A stretch of 61,617 nt of DNA, filler included, from Collodictyon triciliatum (Eukaryota): the NCBI GenBank assembly GCA_043381765.1. It is 5 parts of 5 records of this genome, joined end to end, with 100 filler letters (N's around TTAATTAATTAA, not from the genome) between each part and the next. Parts side by side here need not be neighbours in the genome. Positions count along the whole stretch, not along the records: positions 1 to 13,772 come from JBHJMP010001924.1; 4 more parts are not named here. One strand, 5' to 3'. Under the pieces are notes generated by a model. That model saw only the letters and a program-made list of their open reading frames with translations. It was not told the DNA's origin and ran no database searches. This document shows positions 1 to 11,426 of this stretch, piece by piece (the stretch's first letter is position 1; every line of letters starts with the position of its first letter). Position numbers and translations under genes: made by a program.

Positions 1-3000
1 GCTGCTACAGCGAGAGACCTTGAAGGGCTGAAGCATCCTGGGCTGAATGTCTTTTTCCATTTTGTCGGATGCACCAATCTCAGCAACTACGTGGAAAGGT
101 TAATTCTATTTCTAATTCTTTTTTTATAGATATGATAAATACTTTGTTTTGGTTTTTCTAAAAAAAATTTTTTAGTGTGTCAATTCGCTTCTGGACTTTG
201 GTCGCAAACTCTGCCAACTTTGTCGAGGAAAAGAAGCAAGAAGCTGGTATTACAGTATTGTATTTTATTTTTATCTTTTAATTTAGTTTAAATGTCGCAT
301 AATTCTTCATGCATTTGCTTTATTTTGCCGCTAGAATACGAAAAAGAGGGACTCCAGGGCTTGCTGAAAATGATTCAGGAGAAAAACAAGTAAAATTTCA
401 ATTTTTATGTATTATTTAAATTATAAAATCGAAATTAAAATACATTGAATCGAATAAAAAAAATTGATATTAAACTATGTTTTATAGGGACGAGAAGTTT
501 GTCTTCCTCATCGATGCCATCAATCAAATCCACCCATCGCAAGGAACGCCAGCTCCGCATCTGCTGACCTGGTTGCCCAAAGAAACGCCAGCTAACGTTG
601 CCATGGTTGTGTCGACCATTCATACCCATGAATCTTGCACGGTATTCATCATTTAATATTATTTTTTGAATATTTTTTTTATTCTTCCTTTCAACTTTTG
701 TGCAGGACCGAGGGATTATTTTTTGAATATGTTTGTATTCTGCATAAAAATGATTTGAGTGGAACTTTAATTAATGTATCTATCATAAGTCTGCCAAACA
801 AAGTGGACTGGAGCCGATTCCTGTCGCCAAGTTGGCCGAGAGCGAAATTAAGGATGGTGTCGAAACATTCCTCATTCGCTATGACAAGACCCTGAACGAA
901 AAGCAAGTTGGAATGATTCTGGATGACCTGGAAGATACTGGTGAGATATTTTTTAAAAAGAGTATATATTTTGATTTAAGTTTTTATAAGGAATGATTTA
1001 GTTATTATTATCTGATATTTCTTATAGGCCATCCGCTCTATCTCCGCATCATTCTGGATGAGGTCAGGGTCTTTGGCGTCTATGAGAAGCTTGACGATGA
1101 ACTGAATACTCTGCTTTCAACCAATGGTGTCATTGAGCTTTACACTCTCATTATCAAGCGCTGGCAACTGAAGTTTGACAGGAAAGGTGAGTATTGATTG
1201 TACATATTTCACAAAAAAAAAGGTAAATTATAATTGCAAATTTTATTGAATACTTTTTTTATCGTACAGTCTCCTCTTCTGATGGAAAAGAGACAATGAA
1301 GGTCGAGTATGTCTCCCTCTCGATGAAGGTTCTCTTTGTTTCCCGCATCGGCCTGAGTGAAGGTGACTTGGACAAGCACATGAAAGATGCGATTGGCACA
1401 GGATTCGAGCTTGCTGAATGGTTTGCTTACTCTTCATTTTATAGAATTGAAAGGTTTATCATTCCCTTTATGTATTATATTTAACTTATTCTTTTATTCA
1501 TTCAAATAGGAAATCCTTTTTCTTTACCCTCATCGAGTCACTTTTCGTCCGCAATGGAAGGTTGGTGTCATTTCTCAATCTTTTTGTTCGTTAATCGGTG
1601 CTTTCGGTACAATTTTATTTGGACATAAAGCTAATAATTGTTTATCATAGATACATGTACTTCCACCAGCTGCTGTTAGAGACCACCAAAAAGGTCTACT
1701 TCTCCGAAAAGAAAGAGATGGAAAAAACGCACGAAAAATACGGAAAATGGCTCTTTGGCCAGTATTCTGAGGCTGCTGACGTGGATGAGGAGCTTGCTGC
1801 TGAGATATGCTACCAGCTTCTGAAGGGAAATTCGTTTGACTTGCTTGTCGAATACATGAAGCAAAAACATGTAATTTCTTAATTTTTATTTTTAATCGAT
1901 TATTCTATACATAATAAAACGACATTCACTGGTTAATTTTTAATATTTTAAGGTTATCAGCATTATGCTTGGTGGTCGCTATCGCTACGAGTTCTTTACA
2001 TGCTGGAGAGCAATCAACGCAAGCGGAGCGGCAAACTACAAAGAAGCCTATGGAAGCTTGGCGAAGGTAATTTATTATTTAATTTTAATTTTTTGAAAGT
2101 AACTACTAACAAATTTAATTATCAATCATGATTTATCTATTAATTATTTTTATAATTATTTGTTGTTTTTCAGTCTTTGGATAATGTGGGAGACCTGCTG
2201 GTTGGATTTTTCTTAGAGTCTTTTGAAAACTCGTTCTTGTTGTCTGTTCTGAATGTGCGTCTTGGAAAGCATCAGACAGAAGGCATGCAATTTATTATTG
2301 TCATTTTTGATGAATTTAAGTCATCAATATGAGTTATATATGGAGACATTTAATAATCTATCAATTTACAGATGCAAAGTCTGCTGATTACCTAAATCTT
2401 GGCCGTGTCTACAAGAACCTCCAAAAGTAAAAAAAACAAAAAATAAAATAATTATAAATAGGACATGAGATGATGATTAAAATGCAAGCTTTCTAAAATA
2501 AAAATCAATTAAACAGCTGGGCTGAGTCCATGGTCTACTATAAGAGATGTCTCGATTCAATTGAGAAAAATACAGATAATACCTTGCGTATTGCCACCAT
2601 TCATGAAGAGATGGGTATTATCTACCAGCAACAGGACAAGTAAGGCTCTCTTCATCGTAAATTAAATTATGAATAATGTTTCAAAAAGGAATTATTCTGA
2701 TTTTGCTTATTTAACAGGATTGATGAAGCTCTTGATGAATTTAAGAAATCACTGGACTTTAGAGTCGAACAACTGGGTGAGAATGACTTGCAAGTGGCCC
2801 AATCACATGACCGCTTCGGAGACATCTATTTGAAGCAGTCAAAGTAAAATTTAATCATTTATATTCGTTAACATTCTGCTTTTATTTTGTAAATATGTGC
2901 ATGCTGATCAATTTTTTATGATAGGAACGAGAAAGCTCTGGCTGAATACAAAAAGGCCATGGAAATCCGCCGAAAGAAAGTTGGAAATGAGCACCCTCTT

Positions 3001-6000
3001 GTCGCAACATCGTACCAGAACTATGGCCATGTCTCTCATGTTAATAAAAAGTTCGTTATTAATTATAAAATTAAATAAAACAATAATTTGAATAATTTCT
3101 CATGTTATAAGTAAAATTTCTATTTCATTAATTTTATAATTAAGATACCCGGAGGCCATCGATGACTATGAAAAAGCGAGATCGATTTTAGGAAAATATT
3201 TGGGCTGGAAGCATGCCTCTGTGGCTGTGATATTGTATTTGATTGCTGATGTCCACCTCAGCAGTGGCCAGTAAGAGTGTAAATATGTTGGAAATATATT
3301 TGTATGCAAATATATATCGGCTTACCGAAAAAATCTTTTGCAGAAACACGAAGGCGTTGTCCGATTTGAAAATTTGCCTCCGTACATATATTTCAGCACT
3401 CGGAGAAAATCACCCAAATGTCATAGTTTGCTACGAAAAAATTGGTGAAATCAACTATGAACTGAATAAGTGGGTTTTATCTGATTTAATCATTTATGTA
3501 ATTCATAATAATAATTCGAATGTCACTAGCCATTATTTTTAACTTATAGCCTAAAGGATTCTCTGGAATCTTTTACAAAAACATTGGAGATAAGAGAAAG
3601 AACTTTAGGAGAAAAACATCCTGATTATGCAAAATCCCTTGAGAATGTTGGCCGAACAAATTTTGAACTCCAAAGGTGCAATTTACTTAATATATTAAAA
3701 TTAGAATAAATTTTGATGATGTAGGGGAAGACCAATCATTGATCACTTATTTGAATGGATATAGATTTGATCAAGTTTCAGAGTATTTAGATAAAGCATC
3801 GATCATCAGAAAAGTATCAAAAACAGTATTATCTTTAACAGATAATTATCAAATTGATAAAATAATTGAATTGATGAAGGACAAGAAAGAGCATGAAGCC
3901 GTCATTCAGCTTTACAAAAGAGCTGCTGTTGGACATGGTGAAAAGTCATCCTATGAAAATTGGGACTGCTGGGTGGCTTGTGAGAATGTACACCAATACT
4001 GCAAAGAGAACAAGCTACATGAAAGTGGCGTGGCATTCTGGGCTGAGATGAGAGACAGATTCGCTGATAAACTGGGATGGATTCACCCCAGAACATTAAA
4101 TTCATGCGAATACTTGTCCGTTCATTCAAAGGAAATCGGAATCAACAAAGAACCTGTCGAGTTTACAAGGGTCAAGGAATTCATCTGTGAAACTCTTGAT
4201 GATGCAAAACTAGATGAGGAATGGAATCGTGAGCAAATTATCGCATCATTATTCAGAATTGTTTACATGTCGAAGACTGATGAAAGCAAATCAAAGGCTG
4301 CATCTGATGCAATCACACTTTTGAATTTCATGAATTTTTCGTTTGGTGGAATGGATTTATCAAACATCAAAATTCCACATGCAAATCTCAGTAACTCAAT
4401 CCTTGATGGTGCAAACTTCACTGGTGCCAACTTGGATGGTGTGCATTTGACAAACTCGATGTTTGGCCATTGTGTTTTTGATAATGCGCATATGAATAAT
4501 GTGAAATTCGGAATTCCTCATGATAAACTAGAAGGTCATACAGTTGATGTCAGGAGTGTTTGCAGTATTCAAGGACCGAATGGTGAATATTGGCTGGCTT
4601 CTGGAAGCGAAGATAAAACAATACGTATTTGGGATGTAGCCACAGGAAACCAAATCAAAATATTAGAAGGTCATACAAGTGCTGTCATCAGCGTTTGTAA
4701 TATTCAAGGACCGAATGGTGAAAATTGGCTGGCTTCTGGAAGTGATGACAACACAATACGCATTTGGGATGTATCCACAGGAAATCAAATCAACAAGTTA
4801 GAAGGTCATAGAAGTGATGTCAATAGTGTTTGCAGTATTCAAGGACCGAATGGTGAAAATTGGTTGGCTTCTGGAAGTGATGACAAAACAATACGCATTT
4901 GGGATGTATCCACGAGAAATCAAATCAACAAGTTAGAAGGTCATAGAAGTGATGTCAATAGTGTTTGCAGTATTCAAGGACCGAATGGTGAAAATTGGTT
5001 GGCTTCTGGGAGTAAAGATAAAACAATACGCATTTGGGATGTAGCCACAGGAAACCAAATCAAAACATTAGAAGGTCATACAGACTATGTCATTAGTGTT
5101 TGCAGTATTCAAGGACCGAACGGTGAAAATTGGTTGGCTTCTGGAAGCAGTGATAGGAGATTACGTATTTGGGATATATCCACAGGAAGCCATATCAAAA
5201 CATTAGAAGGACATACAGATACTGTTATGAGTGTTTGCAGTATTCTAGGACCGAATGGTGAAAATTGGTTGGCTTCTGGGAGTAAAGATAAAACAATACG
5301 TATTTGGGATGTATCCACAAGAAACCAAATCAAAATATTAAAAGGACATAGAAATACTGTCAATAGTGTTTGCAATATTCAAGGGCCGAATGGTGAAAAG
5401 TGGTTGGCTTCTGGAAGCAGTGATACAACAATGCGTATTTGGAGCTTTCCCTCCGAAGAGCATACTAGAAAATATAAATTATCCACTCTCATCTGTAACA
5501 GCATTTGCAATATTCAAGGACCGAACGGTGAAATATGGTTGGCTTCTGGAAGTGAAGATAACTCGATAATTATCTGGGATGTGACCACAAGTAATCAAGT
5601 AAAAAAATTGGAAAGAAATACGTGTAGGATAAACTCTATTTTTAGCATGCAAGGTCAAGATAGAGGATATTGGCTGGTCACTGGAGGTGATGATAATTAC
5701 ATACGTATTTGGGATGTAGGCAAAAGAAAAGAAATCAAAACCTTTCAAGGTCATACAAAGAAAGTCAACAGTGTTTGTAATATTCAAGGACCGAATGGTG
5801 AAAATTGGCTGGCTTCTGGAAGTAATGATAAAACAATACGTATTTGGGATGTAGCCACAGGAAATCAAATCAAAACTTTAGAAAACCATACAGATTGGAT
5901 TAGCAGTGTTTGCAGCATTCAACGACCGAATGGTGAAAATTGGTTGGCTTCTGGAAGTTTTGATAAAACAATACGCATCTGGGATGTGGCCACAGGAAAC

Positions 6001-9000
6001 CAAATCAAAACATTAGAAGGTCATACTGAGACTGTCACAAGTGTATGCAGTATTCAAGGACCGAATGGTGAAAGCTGGTTGGCTTCTGGAAGTGATGATA
6101 AAACAATACGTATTTGGGATGTAGCCACAGGAAACCAAATCAACAAGTTAGAAGGTCATACTGATGATGTCATGAGTGTTTGCAGTATTCAAGGACCGAA
6201 TGGTGAGAACTGGTTGGCTTCTGGAAGTGATGATAAAACAATACGTGTTTGGGATGTAGACACAGGAAACCAAATCAACAAGTTTGAAGGTCATACTGAT
6301 GATGTTACTAGTGTATGCAGTATTCAAGGACCGAATGGTGAGAACTGGTTGGCTTCTGGAAGTCTTGATAATACTATTCGTGTTTGGTATTCACTTGAAC
6401 TAATCCAAATTAAAACTGTTAATGTAATTGAATATAATTTTAAGACTTGGTGCAGAATTCGAGGACCGAATGGTGAAAATTGGCTGGCTTCTGGAAGTGA
6501 TGATAAAACAATACGTATTTGGGATATAACCACAAGAAGCCAAATCAAAATATTAGAAGGTCATACAGAATCTGTAAACAGTATTTGCAGTCTTCAAGGG
6601 CCGAATGGTGAAAATTGGTTGGCTTCTGGGAGTGTAGATAAATCAATACGAATTTGGAGTATAACCTCAGGAAATCAAATCAAAACATTAGAAGGTCATA
6701 TAGATGACGTGACCAGTTTATGCGAAGTCAAAGGGCCGAATGGCAACAATTGGTTGGCTTCTGGGGGCAATGATAGAACAATATATATTTGGGATTTGAG
6801 TACCAGTGCTGTGACTAAAATACCAAAGGCTCATTTAAGTGGATTGAAAGTCTTATGCAGTTTTCAAGGACCAAGTGGTGAAAAATGGCTGGCTTCTGGA
6901 AGTGGTGATGAAATAATATGCATTTGGGACGTAGCCACAGGAAATCAAATCAAAATATTAAAAGGTCATACAAGTTATGTGAACAGCATTTGCAGTATTC
7001 AAGGACCAGATGGTGAAAATTGGCTGGCCTCTGGGAGTAATGATAAAACAATACGTGTTTGGGATGTAGCCACAGGAAACCAAATCAAAACACTAGAAGG
7101 GCATACAAACTATGTCAGAAGCGTTTGCAGTATTCAAGGACTGAATGGTGAAAAATGGTTGGCTTCCGGGAGTTATGATAAAACAATACGTATTTGGGAT
7201 GTAGCCACAGGAAACCAAATCAAAAATTTTGAAGAGCACAGGGGTCGAATATACCAAGTCAGCAGTATTCAAGGACCGAATGGTGAAAATTGGCTGGCTT
7301 CCGGGAGTTATGATAATACAATAAGAATTTTGGATTTGTTTGGTACTAGCGAGATAGCAAAGTCGCATATATCCGAAAGAAAATTCAATGAAGATGAATT
7401 AATGCCAGCAGAATACAAAAGAGAAAACATCATCTTAGATGAAAAACTGGACTACAAAACTTTGCCCACATGTAGAGTCATCAATATGCAATCTATTGAT
7501 ATCTTGGGCGGTAAAAAGACCGACGAAAGGAACATAAGTGCAAAAAACATAATAGGATTAAGTCAATTCAATAAATATACTTTAATATCAATTGGTGGTG
7601 TGACCTTCGATGAAACATTTGTCACTTATTGCGAAAGGGGCAAGTTCACAATGTTTCAGGCTCAAATGATGGCTGCATGCTACGAATACGGTTGGGGTAT
7701 TGAGGAAAACAGTGAAAAGGTCAAATACTGGAAATTCACAGCCCCTTTTAAGTTAAATTTAGATTTTAGTGAATTGAAGCAACTAGCACAACAAGGTTCG
7801 AAGGAGGTATTTAATGCGATGAAAGAAATGGCTGAAATAACAGAGGGTAAGCATTACAAATATCCTCAAATTATTTCAATAGTTGCCGAATGTTTTGAAA
7901 ATGGGTGGGGAGTAAACAAAGATGCCGATGAAGCTGCTAAATTGTTTAGATTGGTTGATAACTTCGACGGCATTGCTAGACTAACTCAAAAAGGTTCAGC
8001 TTTATCATTTAAGATTTTGAAAGAAGTGGCTGAAACTAAGGATAAAGATATGTTTAAATATCCAAATGTTATTATAAAGGTCGCTGAATGTTATGAAAAT
8101 GGATGGGGTGTTGAACAGGATACACCATTATCTCTTATCTTCAGAATTAACCATAGTGATGGTGACGAGATTTTTCAGACACTTAGAGAGATGGTACAGA
8201 CTGGGTCTGCGGATGCATTTAAGGCATTAGAAGAAATAGCAAAGTCGGAAAGACACAATAAGTATCCTCAGGTTGTCTCAATAGTTGGTGAATGTTACGA
8301 AAATGGATGGGTAATTCACAAAGATCTTAAAAAAGCAACAGAATGCTTTGGAAAAGCAGAAAAATTCGAAAAACTAAAGCAATTGGCTCAACAGGGTTCA
8401 ATAGATGCATTCGAAGTCTTAAATAAAATTTCACAGACCAAAGAAGATATCAAACACCACATTCAAACGTTAAAAAAAATTGGTGAAAGGTACAAATATC
8501 CTGCGCTATTAAAATTTATTGCTCAATGCTATGAAAACGAATGGGGTGTCAAAAATGATGCTAGAGAGTGGTGCAAATGGTTAGGAATGGCAGAAAATTT
8601 TGAAAAACTGAAGATATTGGCTCAACAGGGTTCAAAAGACGCCTTTGAAGTCTTAAATAAAATGTCAGAGATGAAAGAAAATGTATATCATAAAGAGACA
8701 AGTTTAAGAATCGGTGAAAAGAACAAATATCCTCAAGCTGTTTCGATTGTCTCTCAATGTTACGAGAATGGTTGGAGCGTTGACATTGATAATATAGTGG
8801 ATTGGTGCACACTTAACAAAAATTTTCTAAAACTGACGCAGTTAGCGCAGCAAGGTTCAAGAAAGGCATTCGTCAAATTGAAAGAATTTTCAGAAAAGAA
8901 AAGAAATGTTCTGAAACACAAGACATTTGGAGAAAAGATCGGAGAAGAGCTAGTTTATCCACAAGTCGCTGGTCTTGTGATTGAGTGCTACGAAAATGGA

Positions 9001-9513
9001 TGGGGAGTTGGAATCGAAGATGTGGTTAATTGGTACGTACATACTGAAAATTATGAAAGTTTGAAGATATTGGCCCAAAAAGGTCATGTTGAGGCATTAA
9101 ATACTTTGTTGGACTTGGCAGAGTGTAAAGAACACGTTTTGGACCGTTGGGGAAGAAAAACTGGCGAGAGGTCAAAATATCCATCGGCGATTCATATTGT
9201 CATCGAATGCTATGAGAATGGATGGAGTGTAGAAAAGTGCCTCAGAAAAGTGTGCAATTGGAGAGGAAAAGCCGAGCAATTCGATGAACTAAAGAAATTG
9301 GCTCAGCAAGGTTTAACAGAAGCATTTGATGCTATTAAGTCGTTGGCGGAAATGAAGGAAGAAATCTTTAAGCACGGTAAAAGAACTGGAGATTTCAAAG
9401 TCAAATATCCAGCAAGTATTCTCATACTCGCAGAATGCTATGAAAATGGATGGGGAACAGTAGTAGACATTGAAAAGGCTGTGGAAATAAGGAAAAAATC
9501 TCCAGCCCAATAA
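1..9513 (+). CDS. NLR/STAND-like multidomain protein (NACHT - TPR - pentapeptide - WD40 x21 - SEL1-like x9), 5' end outside window
   Basis: Manual splicing gives one open frame over about 19 exons. NACHT motifs of the NPHP3/TEP1/NWD type: VFFHFVGC (49-72), Walker B FVFLIDAINQ...LTWLPKETPANVAMVVST (488-641) and GHPLYLRIILDEVRVFGVYEKL (940/1029-). TPR exons at 2517-3675 are followed by a final exon 3765-9513, the bulk of the 1924-aa ORF, ending in TAA. Walker A lies upstream of base 1. Confidence 0.9.
674..714 (-). mobile_element. Minimal LINE 3'-end insertion in an intron of the NACHT gene
   Basis: The minus strand reads CCTGCACAAAAGTTGAAAGGAAGAAT-poly(A). Perfect 16-bp TSD ATTATTTTTTGAATAT at 658-673 and 715-730. 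Confidence 0.75.
2517..3675 (+). other. Six TPR-encoding exons, one repeat per exon, all phase 2-2
   Basis: Exons 2517-2639 (123 nt), 2718-2843, 2925-3050, 3145-3270, 3344-3469 and 3550-3675 (126 nt each), all with GT-AG borders. Each encodes a 41-42 aa TPR of the kinesin-light-chain/TPR_10-12 type, e.g. NEKALAEYKKAMEIRRKKVGNEHPLVATSYQNYGHVSHVNKK. Confidence 0.9.
4250..4512 (+). other. Pentapeptide-repeat domain with preceding SK..AASDAITLL helix
   Basis: LFRIVYMSKTDESKSKAASDAITLLNFMNFSFGGMDLSNIKIPHANLSNSILDGANFTGANLDGVHLTNSMFGHCVFDNAHMNNVKFG shows A(N/D)LxxA-type pentapeptide periodicity. Confidence 0.85.
4525..7340 (+). repeat. Coding tandem array of 21 WD40 repeats, 135-nt (45-aa) unit
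   Basis: GAAGGTCATA recurs at 4531, 4666, 4801, 4936 (135-nt spacing). Consensus TLEGHTxxVxSVCSIQGPNGENWLASGSxDKTIRIWDVATGNQIK; 21 copies counted in the translation. Confidence 0.95.
7660..9500 (+). repeat. Nine expanded SEL1-like coding repeats
   Basis: Nine C(Y/F)ExGWxV-type motifs; from the second onward each is preceded by LAQQGS..AF..L and (K)YP, with variable-length spacers. Confidence 0.75.
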
Positions 9514-9978
9514 AGGTATATTAAATAGTGGTTATTAATAATAATTAGTAATGAAATCATCTTAATTTTCCATGTTTAAATAATTAGATGTGACTCCAAT
9601 TTTGATGCATCAGCCTAAGTGTTTTTATTTCACAAGGATTTCTAAGAATTCAGTAAAAAAAAAAAATAAATTTGCTTTTGCGCTGTACCCGATCAAGTTA
9701 TGGATTCCTTTTATGAATTTTTTTATATTTCATAAAAAGAAAAAAAAGGTTAATGAGCAACACTTGAAATCCGATTTTAGAGAATTATCACACTATGTGA
9801 ATAGATTTGCCACGCGTTGATAATAGGTATGGCGAATAATAAAAATATGTATTCTTGAACAATTATCAAAGGGAATGTATTGCAGTACTAATTGAGTGAA
9901 GTCGCGTAATTTACCTTCTAACACTGAAAAAAATTGGTCATCGAAAAATTGGGAGCCCAGGAGTTAAAGCTCTTGATA

Positions 9979-10985
9979 TTTTATTATTCTTTCAATTTTT
10001 TTTGCAGGATAGTGGAGATGTTGGCTTTGGTTCGCTAGCCATTGTTTGCATGGACGCTTCTTGGTGGCCGGGTGGCGGAGAAGTAGTCGGTAATCAGGAA
10101 CTACATCCTGCACTTTGGCCTGTAGCCTGGTCTTGTGCTTGCATGAGAGATACAAGGCGAGGTTTAATATCCTTCTCAGCCTCTTTCCACATGTATCTCT
10201 CACAGGGTCTGAGTAGTAGAGAACGTGCTGGTGGCGAAGGGAGCTATTGAGACAAGAGATTTGTATGATGTCATCCAGCCTGTTATCAGGAATGGGTGGC
10301 TGGTGCTTGAGTCTTGCTTTGCGTGAGTATATGCGCGCTATCCACATAGTCCATAGCAAATGGCCTCACGTCACTGCCCAGAATGTTTTTGCATCTGGAC
10401 GCAGCTGTTGCAGAGGCCCAAATATCGCCTGGATTGAGCCAACAGCCGCAGCCGTCTTGAGAGTCAGTCGAAGAATCTCTGGCTGTTTCGCGCAGGTTTT
10501 GAGCGAAGAGACATTGCACAAATGTGTGCTCAATGGATTCATCACCGTTGCTGCAAAGCGTGCATTGTTGGGAGACTTTGCCAGCTTATGCCGCGCGTGC
10601 GCCTATCCACAGCTCCCTATTGGTGATATTAAGCATTAGAGAGCGGTGATTTGGAAGGACTTGCGGGGTTCGTGCTTGTCTCCAGCTCGCGGTGACCGGG
10701 TGTGTGGGTGATGCCTAGTGTTTCTCCTCATCGTTGATGTTTTGACTTTTTGTAGGGTATCGGCGGCGATATTTTGTATCGAAAGAATTTGGAGTAGGCA
10801 TAGCCATCGAGAACTGCATAGACTGCGCATCGTTAGACGAGCGTTCGTTCTTGAGGCGGAAAAAGAATGGCGACGGGATGTCGTATGAGATTGGTCTGCG
10901 TGAGCGCCATTTTCCTTCGTTATTCAGGACGGCTGTGGTTGGCTGTGCATCTTGTGTGCGGAATGCGGTGGAGCCTGGCGTTGTG
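9979..10985 (-). mobile_element. Degenerate 3' portion of an L1/Tx1-type non-LTR retrotransposon (ORF2 C-terminus plus tail)
   Basis: GC-richer block. The minus strand encodes CTLCSNGDESIEHTFVQCLFA (10500-10564; CCHC zf-RVT motif) and, in a shifted frame, HLLWTMWIAR, with in-frame stops. It ends in ...CCTGCAAAAAAAATTGAAAGAATAATAAAAT, which matches dispersed short copies that have TSDs. The 5' boundary is approximate. Confidence 0.75.
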
Positions 10986-11426
10986 ATGTATGAGCCTTTC
11001 TGTTTGTGTAATATTAAAACTCAAAAATTCAAAAGATGACAAACAAGCCCTTGCCTTAGCCCAGACAGAACCCACCCATAAACCTTCCACCAAACATGCA
11101 TTTCAGAAAAGCATACTGTCCACACTTGTGGCGGTAATCATGTTGTTTGGAGCCAATATGTTGACTTTCAGTCGCAATGGCTATACGGCTTTCCTTTCGA
11201 ACTCCTGATTCGCCTCTCAGCGTTTCGTCTCAAATCACTTATAACAAAACTTTGTGTGTTTGTTTGCGTAATGCGCCCATTTTGAAAGTCTCGGTAGATG
11301 CTTAATTTTACATGAATTGATTTTGTGCAGTTATTTTTTTTAATTAAATTGACTGATTGACTAAAGTTTTATTAAATTGAAAACTCGGTTGTTTTCTAAA
11401 GAAAAATTAAAAACAAATACTTTCAC

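Noticed and set aside
3739-3764. Start of the 1924-aa ORF as an independent gene
   Set aside because: It begins at TTG inside an intron. The AG at 3763-3764 splices in phase to the previous TPR exon.
4525-7340. CRISPR-like or non-coding repeat array
   Set aside because: Units are in-frame 135-nt WD40 coding repeats with no unique spacers.
11270-11305. CGCCCATTTTGAAAGTCTCGG as a Fanzor transposon terminus
   Set aside because: No matching inverted or direct partner found near 13450-13500. Ends cannot be defined from one copy.
11340-11385. TAAATTGA motifs upstream of Fanzor as a giant-virus AAAATTGA early promoter
   Set aside because: Imperfect match in very AT-rich DNA, so expected by chance.
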